A stretch of DNA of 63,982 nt, counting the filler, from Hyphochytrium catenoides (Eukaryota; Protista; Hyphochytriomycota), in assembly GCA_900088475.1 (NCBI GenBank). It is 9 parts of 9 records of this genome, joined end to end, with 100 filler letters (N's around TTAATTAATTAA, not from the genome) between each part and the next. Parts side by side here need not be neighbours in the genome. Positions count along the whole stretch, not along the records: positions 42,610 to 48,555 come from FLMG01000903.1; positions 48,656 to 57,757 come from FLMG01002214.1; positions 57,858 to 61,711 come from FLMG01002208.1; 6 more parts are not named here. The stretch is one strand, 5' to 3'. Of the stretch, positions 47,985 through 59,950 are shown in pieces (positions within the stretch are counted from its first letter, which is position 1; each line of letters starts with the position of its first letter). The notes beneath the pieces are model-generated. The model ran no database searches, was not told the DNA's origin, and saw only the letters and a program-made list of their open reading frames with translations. Both the position numbers and the translations under genes were made by a program.

Positions 47985-48555
47985 TTTCTTTCTGTCTTCC
48001 TGGGTTCCTCATCTCACCACCGACAAATCCCTCCTTCATGGACAGTTTGGCTGCTTGATCTTATGCCTCCGGCCTTGCTCCTTTTCCAAGCTCCACATTC
48101 TGTCTCCTTTAGGCTTCCTCGTGATCTTCTCCAGCAACGGGGGGAGGTGGGGGTCCCTTCTCTTGCTCCCTCTCTCTCTCCTCTCTCTCTTTTCTCTCTC
48201 TCTCTCTCTCTATGTTAACGCATCTGGAGGATCGTTTTCCTCTTGGTTCCGTCCTGCTGACGCTTGGCCGTAAAGCCCCTTTCTTCTTATGACAAGAGAG
48301 AGAGACAAAAAGAGAGAGAGAGAGAAAGAGAGAGAGAGAGTGAAGGAAGAAAGGACGAAGAGAAGCGGCAAGAAGAAGAGATTCATTTAGAGGAAGACAA
48401 AAGAGACAGGGGAGAGAGATAATCTTTCCCTCCTCGTCACGCCTCTGCGCCATAAAAATAAACTCTTCGCTTACAAAAAAGTGATAACCCGCCGGCCTTG
48501 TTAGACGCTGGGCGTCCCTGTTGGCAGGACAAGGGAACTCTTTTCCTCTCTCTCT

Positions 48556-48655
48556 NNNNNNNNNNNNNNNNNNNNNNNNNNNNNNNNNNNNNNNNNNNNT
48601 TAATTAATTAANNNNNNNNNNNNNNNNNNNNNNNNNNNNNNNNNNNNNNNNNNNN
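48556..48655. other. Artificial contig linker
   Basis: N44-TTAATTAATTAA-N44. Confidence 0.97.
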
Positions 48656-48689
48656 GAGAGAGAAAGAGAGAGAGAGAGAGGTAGGTGAC

Positions 48690-49474
48690 CTGTTGCTGCT
48701 TGGCTTGCTGCAGTCTGTCGGTTCTAATCTTATCCTCCTTGTCTCTTTGTTCCTGTCTCTTCCTTATCTCTTCAAGCTGCTTCGCCTCAACCTCCTTCGC
48801 CCTCTGCGCAGCCTGCGCTTGGCGGTCGTCAAACTCTTTCTTCCTCAGCGTCATTTTGTCCTGATTGGCCTTTAACGCGTCTGCAATCCGCTTCTCCGCC
48901 TGCAGCCAGAGAGAGAGAGAGAGAGAGAGAGCAGAGCGGGGTTGAGAGAGAAAAAGGGGGAAGAATCAAGGGGTGAGACGGAGAGAAGAGCAAGAGAAGA
49001 GAGACAACGAAGGACTAGGACAGGGACGCACCATTGATCTCTTCTCCTTGATCTGGTGAGCGATCTCGGTCTTCTTGTGCTGCATCTGCTCCCGAACTAT
49101 TCTCTCTCTCTCTTCCATTCGTTTCCTGTTTTCTAGCGCCAATCTTTCTTGAGCCGCGATAATGGCCTGCGTCTGTTGTCGATGTGCCTCTGCCTTCTGA
49201 TTTCTCTCCACCTCCTTCAGACGCGCTTGCTTCTGTCTCTCAATCTCTGCCTTCTTCTCTTCCTCGGCTCTCTGCATCTCTTTCTCTGCCTCAACCTTCG
49301 CAAGCTCTCGTCTCTTCGCGTCTTCTTCCTCTTCCTGTTTGAGTTTCTGCAGCTCTTTCTCTCTCTGTCAATAGAAAAAATAGCACTTTAGCCCTTCATA
49401 GCGTGATTGCCCTCGTCCTGTCTTCTATCTCTCTTTCAATCTTTTTGTGTCCTTGTTCTCTATCCGTCTAAGAA

Positions 49475-49509
<35 letters not shown>

Positions 49510-50372
49510 CTCTCTCTCTCTCTCTCTCCATTCTTGCTCTCCTGATCTTATTCTGCCTCTTCGTAATCGTTCGCTAGCTGTTTGCTCGGTGAACTTCCCT
49601 CATTTCCTACCGGGATGTGTGTGTGCCTCTCTCTCGATCTCTCTTTTTTTCTCTCTCTCTCCTTCTCTTCCTTCTCTCGCTCTCTCACTCTCTTTCTCTC
49701 TCACACTCTCTCTCTTGCGCGCTCTCTTGTGTCTCAACCCTCTCTCTCAGGCCCTCCTCCTTTGGTGGTCTTTCTCCTTTAAAAATGTCCATATGCTGTC
49801 CTTCCTACCTTTAACTTGGCGAGCTCCTCTCTCTTCTTTCTCAGCTGCTTCTCATACTCTTCTTTCCTCTTCTCTTCTGCCTCATCTTTCTTTTGGTTCT
49901 CTGCTTGGATCCTCGCCATCTTCTGCTCCATCTCCATCAAGTTCATTATCTCTTTCTTGTTTCTCTCGTGCAAACGCTGCAGCTGTCTCTCTTGCAGGAG
50001 AAGAAGAGTAGAGTCATCTGGACCAGCGATGCCTCGAGGAAGATTGGGAGAGGAACTAGGAGCACTTCCTGATCTCTTCCCTCCAGGAGAGAGAGAGTGG
50101 GCGGCAGGGGAGGAGAGAGATCCTCCGTTTGCCTTGAGTTGCTCTAGCAGTTGGATGACTTTGTTTCTCTCAGCAATGACTTCTTGGACCTTTGTCTGTC
50201 TCTTCTGTTCCCAGTGTTTCCAGTGCTCAACGGCTAACTCTTTCTCGACCTCGTCCTTGCAGTTCTTTGGGAGAAAAGTGTCTTGGGTCCTAAAAGAGAA
50301 GAGAGATGCGGTTGAGACCACGCAAAGGTGACACAAGAGAGAGAGGAAGAGAGGAAGAGAGGAAGAGAGAGG

Positions 50373-50420
<48 letters not shown>

Positions 50421-50843
50421 TCGAGGGGCGACATTCCCAGATTCCGTAAAAGCCGTTCAACAAGTGGGAAGACACTAGGCCAAGCTTCTCGCATTCTTCT
50501 CCCTTACTCTCTTCTCTTTCCTTCTCTCGCCCTCCCTTTCGTCTCGTCTCTCTGTTTCCTCATTCTCGTCTTTCTTCCCTTACGTTCTACTCTTTTCTTT
50601 CCTCCTCTTTCCATCTCGGTTCTCTCCCATTTCTCCGCCTCACCTCGGCATTAGCTCCTCAGGGTTATAACCAGAGCGGAGACAGGCCTCAAGACTTCTC
50701 GGGCTGTTGATGAGCGCCTTCTTGCTCTCAAAGTCCATCACCGTCACGAGCTTCTGAGGAGGAACAGGAGAGACGCGCTTGAACAGAGGAGAGAGATTCT
50801 CCTGCTTCCCCACAGGGGAGGAAGGAATTGTGATGCTAGGCAT
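48690..50843 (-). CDS. CCDC177-like coiled-coil protein, 3'-truncated at contig end
   Basis: N-terminal INSPRSLEACLRSGYNPEELMPR resembles the SPRSLEAC...PxELxPR motif of CCDC177-type proteins, followed by E/K/R/Q-rich coiled-coil exons. Confidence 0.6.
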
Positions 50844-52612
50844 TTTGACAGGCTAAGGAAGAGGGTTTAGGGGAGAAAGTTAGCCACCAACAGAGAGATG
50901 TGGAAGGAGGGGAGAGGGGCAGAGGAAGGAAGAGAGAGAGGGGGAGAGCAAGAAAGAGAGAGAGAATGAGGGAAAAAGGGAATGAGGGAGAAAAGTGAGT
51001 GGGAAGAGAGAGAGAGAGAGATCTAACGGGAGAGAGAGAAGAGCAGAGAGAAGACAAGAGAGAAGACAAGAGAGAAGACAAGAGAGAAGACAAGAGAGAA
51101 GGGGGATACACAGCTAGAAGACACACTGCAGAGCGGACGGGAGAAAGAAAGAAAAAAGAGAGCAGAAATGCGGGCCAAAGATAGTGAACGAGGAAAGCGA
51201 GAGGTAAGGACCCGAGGCAAAGGGCCATTGAAGCTGCTGGATAGCGCCTTCTCTCTATTTACCTTCTGCTGCTCCACGGGCTAGACAATCTCTCCTGAAG
51301 CGCGACGAGGCTGACTTCTTCGCTTCAGCCCTCCATCTCCCTCTCTCTCCTTTTGCGAGCCGATTTTTTCTTTGCTGTGCGGTTGCGCGCTTTGTCTCCC
51401 TCTTTCTCTCTCTGTGCCTCCGTTCTCCCGGTTCTTGAAGAAGCTCAGCTCACTCGCGCACAGTTAACATCTCTGTTGGGGCGATGGCACGGCTTCTCTT
51501 CTCTGTCTCCTTCTGTTCCTTTCGCTCCTTCTCGCTTCGGCTGCTCGCTGCGCCTCGTTTTCTTCTGGAAGCCAATCTCTTCCTACATTTCCTTCGGACA
51601 GGAGGACAAATGGACTCAGTCAAGCTTGACAGATCAAAGAGAAGGTTATGGCTAGCTGGGGAGAGGAAGAAAACGAGAGAGGGGTCTGTGGGAAGAGAGA
51701 GAGAGAGAGAGAAAGAGAGNNNNNNNNNNNNNNNNNNNNNNNNNNNNNNNNNNNNNNGAGAGAGAGAGAGAGAGAGACAGAGACAGAGAGAGAGCGGGTT
51801 AGGGAAAGCCTAGAAGGCATGGCTTTGTTCCCATCATCAGCTCTTCAGGAGTTTCACAAATATCCGCTAACGCCCACTTTCAAATGAAGCAAGCCCCCTT
51901 TCTGTATACAATCCGTTTTATTTAGAATAACGCAACTAATATTTCCAGGTATTCCAGATTGTTCAGAGTTATTGTTTCTACAGAGCACATCTCTCCCCAG
52001 CAGTATGATCAGTGAGTGCACTTGGTTGGTCAAGTGTTTGGAGTCCATCTGAACGACGTCCTCTCACGACGAACTAAGGGCTTTTTCTGGTACGTCGATA
52101 GAGGCACGTCGTATGAGTTATCAGATAGTGAGTTAGCTAAGATATGGATAAATTATAGGCTTTCCAAACCCACAAATACTCTAAGTGTGGAAGATATGAC
52201 TGATGTTAGCTATGGGATACCAGACACACTATACCAACCCGATGACGGAGGAATTGAGGTTACCACGGCTGACAGAAGATGCTGGCTGCTGTTGCTGCTG
52301 TTGCTGCCGCTCCGCATTCCCATCTTCTTCTTCTCATCACTGATCATCGGTGGCAGGAGTGAAGGCACCATTGCTTCGAGAGAAGGCGACCCGAAAAACA
52401 ATCTGGAGACTAGCGGCGGAAAGCAGCATCAGTGCCTTTTGAAGAGAAGGCGACCCGAAGAACAACACGGAGAAGTAGCGGTGGAAGGAGTGAAGGCAGC
52501 ACCAGTGTCTCGAGAAGAGGAGGCCAGAAGAAGAACAACTCGGAGAAGTAGCGGTGGCAGCACTAACTACTAGGTCGCACAATCATCAGCATCATCAACA
52601 ACAACAGCCGAG

Positions 52613-55600
52613 AATGAAACAGAAGAGTTCTCCTCGTCTTTCGCTGGGAAGAAGAAACAAGAAGAAAAGGAGACGCCGCTTGTCATCGATGACTGATGAT
52701 CAAGAAGGTGAACGTTTGATGGACCAAGATGGTGACCAGGAGGAGGAGGAGGGGGACATAGGATGGGAGGACGATGGTGATGGTCGTGATGATAGTGGCG
52801 GTGATGAAGAAGAAGACGATACTGTGGTGCAGGGCATCATCGCACCCGACAGGAACAGGAGGGCATCTACGGCAGGTGGCAATGATAGTTGGGGTGGTGG
52901 AGGTACTTCTTCTGCGACTAGTGTCTTCAGCGTGAGGCAGACGGCCACTGCAGAAGCACCTGAGGCCGAGGCTCCTCCGTCACCTTGGGTTGCTATGCGA
53001 GGAAAACGTGTCAGCGTGTACAAGCTGGATGCCCCACCTAAGACGTCTGTGGCTTCCGATGGGCGGGCAGTAATTCCACAGGGTGGCAGGTTCAAGGAGA
53101 AGAGGTCATCAGGGAAGCACATCTTCGCCCGCGGGATTCTTCATGAAGTGACTCTCACTTCCGGTACGACAGCAGTTTCTTGAAAAAAATATTCTGAAAG
53201 TCTTAAACAGAAAGCGTAGGTGGTCGGGAGCTTGCCTGGATAAAGATTGACGAGATCGAAGTGAAGAATTACCATCATGTGAGGAGTTGGGATAACATAC
53301 CACCAGATTTGCGGCTTCTTCGTGACAAGGAAGGTAAGCGCGTCTTTGAGGAAGACGGCGAAGCCGGCATCAGAGTTCTCCGTCACGCAGGTGAGTACCA
53401 CACCATACCATCCCCACCCCCACCCTCTAGCATTAGTTGCAACGTGCGGAAATCAGGATATATAATCTGTCCTGATTTTAGGCGTGGGAAGCATTATTCC
53501 TTGGTCCGCAAAACATACGGTCTGCACTGCTAGCTATGCCAAGCGTGATGTCGTGGCTGGGGACGAGGTGTCTTTACAAGGTTTGGCTCCAGAGGGTCCT
53601 GGTCGTGTTACTCTTGCCAATGCAGTCATCATGCGAGAAGGTAGGCATCTCAGGCATATAGCAGAAAGTGAGTCATTCTTTTCACTCTAACTCTTTCTTT
53701 TGTAAATGACCCTATGCATGTAGACGAATTAGACGATGAAGACTATACAAAGCTCCCTGACACGTGGGTATATGTCAGGCTGACAAATGTGAAGCCCGCA
53801 TTCAGGGGATATGGCTCAACTATGTTGAAGCTTGCCCAACAGCAACTGGACATACCTGAGCCTCTACAAAAATGGTATGAAGACGAGGATAGGTTCGCGA
53901 GCGCGGGTAAGAACGCGCACTTTGGCCTTGCGGGGTATCCGGTTCATCTAAGGCACTACGCTATGTAGAGAATGGAGAAATCGTCCCATGGCAGAAGAAA
54001 AGGTTAAGCCCGAAGCGGACTGTGAAGCGAAAGCCGACTGGCAAGAGAAGGAAGGTGAAGGAGAATGTTATGGTAAACCTGCTGGATGTCCACAAATATC
54101 TAGCTCGGTTAAAGCCAGCCTTTAGTCTGGTGAGTCCCTACTTCGCCCGCATTTAGTACATCCCACAATGATGTCACTTCTATGTCACTTCTACATGCAT
54201 ACAGGTCATATTCGGTGCATCCGATGGAAGTGGTACTGCGTGTTTATACTCTGGGTTGCCTCCAACCTCAGAAGATGCCTGCACAGTGTCAAGACTAGTT
54301 AACAGCTGGAAGGCCAAAAGACATCACTCGGCCTCCTCAGGAAGTCTGGAGGATATGAGCTTGTCAGAGTTACAGGTGTTGCAACAGCTTCTCTTTTTGG
54401 GAAAGCGTCCGGCCAGTACTGCAAGAGAAGGCATAAAGAAGATCCGATCGTTGACGAAATGGAACACTCATGAAGGTATGAGGTTAGATGTTCCAATTGC
54501 AACTGCAGGTAGTAACGCATAGCGTAGTCCAGTATGGCGCTCGAGATGCAGGACCTTCAGCGCCTACTGCTCCAGAGGTTCATAATTCACAACCACCCGG
54601 GGTTGATGATGATGATGGTAGACAACCTCCAAGCGATATAGAGAGTGATGAGCCGCCTTCAAATGATGGAGAATATAGTGAAGTTGCTGTTGGCATTGAG
54701 ACGAGTGGAGAGGAGGTTTTACCAGCTGGGGTACACGTCGAAAGGCACCTACACCGAGATGAAGGAGAGCATCTAGATCAGGCACCTCCAGTCGGCACAG
54801 GGGTAGATGATGACCCGGCGGAACCTGAAAGAGATACAGGTGGGCCACAGACTTCTCGTGGGTTTGAGAACGGCGTGGTGAGGTCACGCTAAGCAGAGTT
54901 CATTGGGCATTATTCATATTCCCCTGAAGTATTATTAGGTGACGAAGTAAGCCATTCCCCGGACAAAACGGGTGTAGCTCCGTAGTTCTGGCCCAGACAG
55001 ACCCAGGGAGATCTGATGCCAGACTAAGTCTAACCGTCTTTACTGCGTTATGTAAAATGGTCTGAAGAACTACCGCCAACGAGGGCTGTAGCTGCTGACC
55101 CGGCTTTACCCTCTCTTAGCTCAGAGCTTGCGGGCTGGTGAGTGTATATATACAAGTTAATCAAAGGCTCAGATACTCGAAGCCTTCACACTGACTGCTT
55201 TTATACTAACGGAGCTCTCGGATATTGCAGTAGAAAGAAGACTGCAGTCAGAAAGGGTTCCCTATGGCTCTTCGGCAGCAATGGATCTTCCTTCTACTAG
55301 GAAAGAGGCGTCGAGGAGTACGTCCAGCGTAATCGGAGAACCCACATCAACTTTCCAGGTATGGAAAGAGCTGCTCATATGTCCCTTTATATCACAAGCA
55401 ATTAGTCACCTTTGGGCATAATTAAACAGGACGGTTCAGAGACGGACGTACCTACTGCTCAGTCAACAAGGACAGACCGACCTGTCTCTGTTCACAATCG
55501 TCGTGATGACTCCGCCCACAACGTGCTAGAACGTTCTCAAGACATGGGAGGGAGCAGAGCTGACGCTGGAACCGATATCCCAGCGAGATCATACAGATGC

Positions 55601-57590
55601 GAACTAGGAACACGCCAGAAGCCCTCAATGGGCAGGCAATTGACAGGTGCAGCGTCTCATTTGCAGTGGGCGAGTGGCTTATCGTCTCCATGGACATGAA
55701 CGATATCCCTTGCTAACATACTGTGTAGACCCCCTGTCTGGCGCCACTATTGAAATGACTTTGCGAGCAAATAGTGTCTCAGGCAATGATGGGTTAGTGG
55801 ACTTCATTGGAACAGCCTTACGCGAGCTTGAGGCTTCCGTTGCTACGCGCCAGCTTTTTTCACGACTTGTACAAGGGTCACTGAAAAGTTCTCGGGTATG
55901 GCGTAACCTTATGTGTAGCCACTGCTTCTTGGCGTCTATGGGAGGGTATCTGCTTCTTACCGTTACAAACCTATTGGCAGAAAGGAGTTCTAGACACTAT
56001 ATACAGATTTTGTGTCAGGCAACTGACATAAAGGTTATTACAGTTTGCCCTGTTCGTCTAGCAGGTACTTGTTTTTTCCTTAACGGCCCTTATCTGGTCT
56101 ACTCATTATAATATCTCGTTTCTTTGCAGTACCTATTTACAAAGGAGAGTCATTCACTCCTTACTCACTACTCAAAGCAGCTTCCCATTCGTTAGATCCG
56201 TACTTGATCGCCTTTCACGAGTGGTATACTGGGGATTTATCGGAGAGTGACTTTAACAGGGTTCGGGATGGCCTAGTCCTAAAGTTAAAGGCACAATGGA
56301 ACTCTCAGCGGCACCCGCTGGCAACTGCATCTGTTCTCATATTTGACGAGGTGCTCTGCATGCATGCGGGATTGGTACTTCTGATTACTCATATTTGGGG
56401 TCTGTACCATACCGAGGGCGGACGAGCAATATTCTTGTTTTGTGACCCCAACCAGGTATGGATCATGATACGGTTAATGGGCATAGAGGGCATGATTGCT
56501 TCCTTCTGGCCACCTTTATTTACTACTAACCTCTTCTTATGCACCAGCTGTTACATTATCAATGTTCCTTAGGAAAGGATGAAAGGCTTTTCCGGCTGGT
56601 TCTTCACGAATGGGGCTCACAGTGTCAGCGTTATGTTCTTGATGAAAGAGTTGTCCAGGTCAGTAGCTGTATGAACTTTTTTGAGACCACGAGTCCCTCT
56701 CTAAAATGCTGCGCCGGCAGACTGGTGACATAAAGCTGAAGGATATCGCCGAGCGTGTGAGAGAGGGACGCAGGCTTGATGGTGGCCTCAAGCGGCTGCT
56801 TGCAGGCAAAGTCATTGGGAACTATTCTGGTCGAGGTGCTCTCAAGGATGCCCTAATTGAAATATTCAGCAATCACCGTGATCAGAGGCCCCCCATAGTA
56901 CTGACCACGCACTCCAAAAGCTCTTCCTCTGGAAGTGGTGGTGGAAGGTCAATGGGGAACGAGGAGATCAACGACTTATGTCTTGATCATGTACTCGTTA
57001 GGGGAAAATCCGCCACCATTGATGCGAAAGATGTCTATGGGAACGGTGGGACGGAAGTGTGGTCAACATTGTTGGACCAGACTAATCTACGTGCCAAAGT
57101 CAAGGTTCGGACTGGGGCCAGAGTGGTACTGGTGGTGACCACCAAGATAGGAAGGGACGTTTTGAAGCCAGGAACCTTCGGTACCATTATTGAGGTCGCA
57201 GACGACAACTCTTCGGTCAAAGTATCTCTGGACGGAGAGGAAAGCAACTCCTCGAGAGTTGTGATTATACGACCAGTCACAGTCAGTCTAGAGGCAGATC
57301 CCAAGTATGGCAGTGGGTCTCGAACGCAGTTTCCGTTCCGATTGGCTTTTAGTCTGACGTTCCATCAAACCCGAGGCATGACCTTTGCCAATGTGATTCT
57401 ATTCATTCAATGGGAGCAATTGCCTGGAGTGCTCAATTCGGCACTTGACCAGGCTAGGTCTATAGATGGGTTGTACTTTATTGGACGGCGCCCTGGGGTA
57501 GAAGCTTGTCAGTACGTGGATAAACTCATCGCTCGAGCAGTCTCGCCTGTGGCACTTCGGGTCGTGGAACAAGTACTGCCGTGTACATAG
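52613..57590 (+). CDS. Multi-exon gene: acidic low-complexity N-terminus, two repeated beta-rich units, linker, and C-terminal divergent Pif1-like (SF1B) helicase fold; 5' linkage tentative
   Basis: Ordered Pif1-like motifs over GT-AG exons: VITVCPVRLA (Ia), LIFDEV (II), CDPNQL (III), VQTGD...ERVREG (IV), VRTGARVVLV...PGTFGTI (2B), RTQFPFRLAFSLTFHQTRGMTF (V), PGVLNSALDQARSIDGLYF (VI). Confidence 0.6.
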
Positions 57591-57757
57591 CACCAAGTTA
57601 TAAGTCTTAATGGCAAGATAAAAGGATTAGTCACCATGGCTATATTTAGACAATTTATAGGTCAAAAGTCTGTGCTCAACTACATCGCGGCCTCATGATA
57701 TGGTTTGATAAGGACCAAGAGAACGCCATTCATACCTAGAAGCATGCAACAGACAAT

Positions 57758-57857
57758 NNNNNNNNNNNNNNNNNNNNNNNNNNNNNNNNNNNNNNNNNNN
57801 NTTAATTAATTAANNNNNNNNNNNNNNNNNNNNNNNNNNNNNNNNNNNNNNNNNNNN
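57758..57857. other. Artificial contig linker
   Basis: N44-TTAATTAATTAA-N44. Confidence 0.97.
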
Positions 57858-58399
57858 AGCATGGCTGGAGAGGGACTCCCACGACCTCACACAATGTCTA
57901 AAATTGCCTAGTAATAAAGAGGAGGGAGCCCTTTAGTTCACCAAGAGGCAAGGGCCCAGCACCACCCTTCTTGCTGGCACCAAAGGAGAGGGAACTGAAG
58001 GAAACAGTGAACATGAAGGGAGAGCAAGAGCACATCGACTCAGCTCTGGACATGGCTCGCAAGCGAGTTGGCCTGTCACGAGTATAGGCTATAAGAACTA
58101 TCTGATTTCCTAGTCTATTCATATTCCTAAGGAAACTGACGCATTGAACCTATAAAAAGGGTGTGCTCGCCCACATTGTCCATACATTATACTCCAAGCT
58201 TGAGCTACCGGCATATTGGGACGCTCCATGACGGGAGAAGACCCTTTGTTGGCAATTCCTTTCATCAGTGAAGTACAAGGAGGTCGAAGAGCTATCGTAA
58301 CCCACTCGTGCTTTATAATAATTTCCAGAGGGACGTGAGTTTGTCCAAGAGTTGTGGTGGGGGCGATTGCCTGCTAGCGTCGTCCTAGGAAGGAGAAGA

Positions 58400-59950
58400 A
58401 AGGGAGGAACACTTGTGGGGTTCGTGTAGCTGTTCGTGTGCCAGCATCATTTATTCCTCACCAGTTCTTCTCCAGCTTTTGTCCCAAATAGTAGAATGGC
58501 GCTAGAAATTGAACCCATTGTCACCTTGTGGAAGCCGCTGACCAGCCAATAGCTCCACTGAAAGGGGTTTGTGCAGGAACAGGGAAGGTGATGGAGAAGC
58601 GGAGAACAGAAGAACAAGGGGCTTGCAAAGAACGATCATTGAGTCTAAGAGGTAACCTAGGGATAATACTAACCGTACTACATACTACATACAGAGATCT
58701 CCCCACTAATCGTCAGACAGAAGGTACGTACATGTCATTAGTAACGGTCACTAAAGCCTTTAGCTCTTTGCGTGTTCTTGAGGATCGTTGGAGCTTGCTT
58801 CCACTGTGATGACGAGGGTTTGGCTCCCCTCTGATGGGGTTGTTGGTGAATGCCGATTGTGATGAGGAGGATGAGTAATGTGACAAGACGGAGTTCAGAC
58901 GCTCGTGGCCAAAAGCTAAGTCCCAGATAGAACTAAGTGTATAACAGGTGGACACAGGCTAGGTTGGCATGCTTGGGCATATTAGCTGTCTGTCTTTGCT
59001 TCATGAATTTCATGAACGCTCTGGCTCCTTCTGGATTCTGCCTGGAAGACGAGAGATGAACTAGAATGACAAGCCTGCCAGTGCCAGAGCGCTCTCCTCC
59101 TTCTTCTAACATAGAGCCCTAAAAAAGAACTTTTTGAGGGAATGGACAGTCTCTCTTCACGCAAGCATGGAGCGCGGGAAGATCCAGTTTCCTCCCCACT
59201 TTTGCACCACTGTTGGCTTCTATCAAGGGTCCCCCATGTGGGTATTTCATGACAAACATAGTACAAAGCCTCTTTATCCAGTAATACAGCTGGTAGGATC
59301 CAAAATATCCTTGCTTCGGGTCCATTTCCAAAGCTGTCGTCCTGTATTGTACACTGTGTGATACAGTGTGAGCGATGAGGAAAACTTCCCCTTTATTTGT
59401 GGGGACGGCGCCAATCCCCCCCTATTTTGTACTCCGTACTACCTTTGTCCTATTGCACACAGTTTGACAATAAAAATAAAGCCCTAGCCTTTTATGGATG
59501 TAGTTCTAGTAGGAAGTCTTGGAAAAGAAATGCCTTTTTTACAAACAAACAGTTGGACTGTTCAAGAGATGGCTATTTAGTTCTATAGAGAAGAGCAGTT
59601 CGAAGAGCGGAGGGACCGAGCAAGCAGTTTTCCGTGCTGTCGCAAGCCTTGTTTGTCACACTATCATCCGGGCTTCATGAGCTGCTGTTCTCTCTTTTGT
59701 CCGTCTAGCCCACACCAGTCGTCGTGCTTCAAGCTTTTACTGCTTTTATTTACTCCCTTTATTTTTATAGAGAATCACTGGACGAATATAGAATAGTCCC
59801 AAACGTACGAGTACCAAATGCAGTGCTGGTTATACTATAAATTAACAGAAGACTGCTTGTCGTACAGACTTGTAAGCCTAACTCCAGTTGGACCGTACCA
59901 CCACCACTCGGTGGCTGGACAGCCTGAGGCTGTTGATTCTTTGGACCGAC
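58400..59950 (-). mobile_element. Probable decayed Ty3/Gypsy pol relic (RT/RNase H fragments, many stops and frameshifts)
   Basis: Colinear degenerate motifs: LFVKK, DKGS..DWRR (cf. KDGS..DYR), EMDPKQGYF (cf. LDLKxGY), TMFVMKYPHG (cf. TAFxTPxG), FYLG, KELKAL, RFSITFPV...AIGW..PFYYLGQKL (cf. RNase H). Boundaries approximate; no LTRs seen. Confidence 0.4.

Noticed and set aside
55728-57590. Autonomous Helitron RepHel
   Set aside because: No HUH/Rep motifs seen upstream, helicase ATPase motifs are degenerate, and no 3' hairpin-CTRR end was identified.
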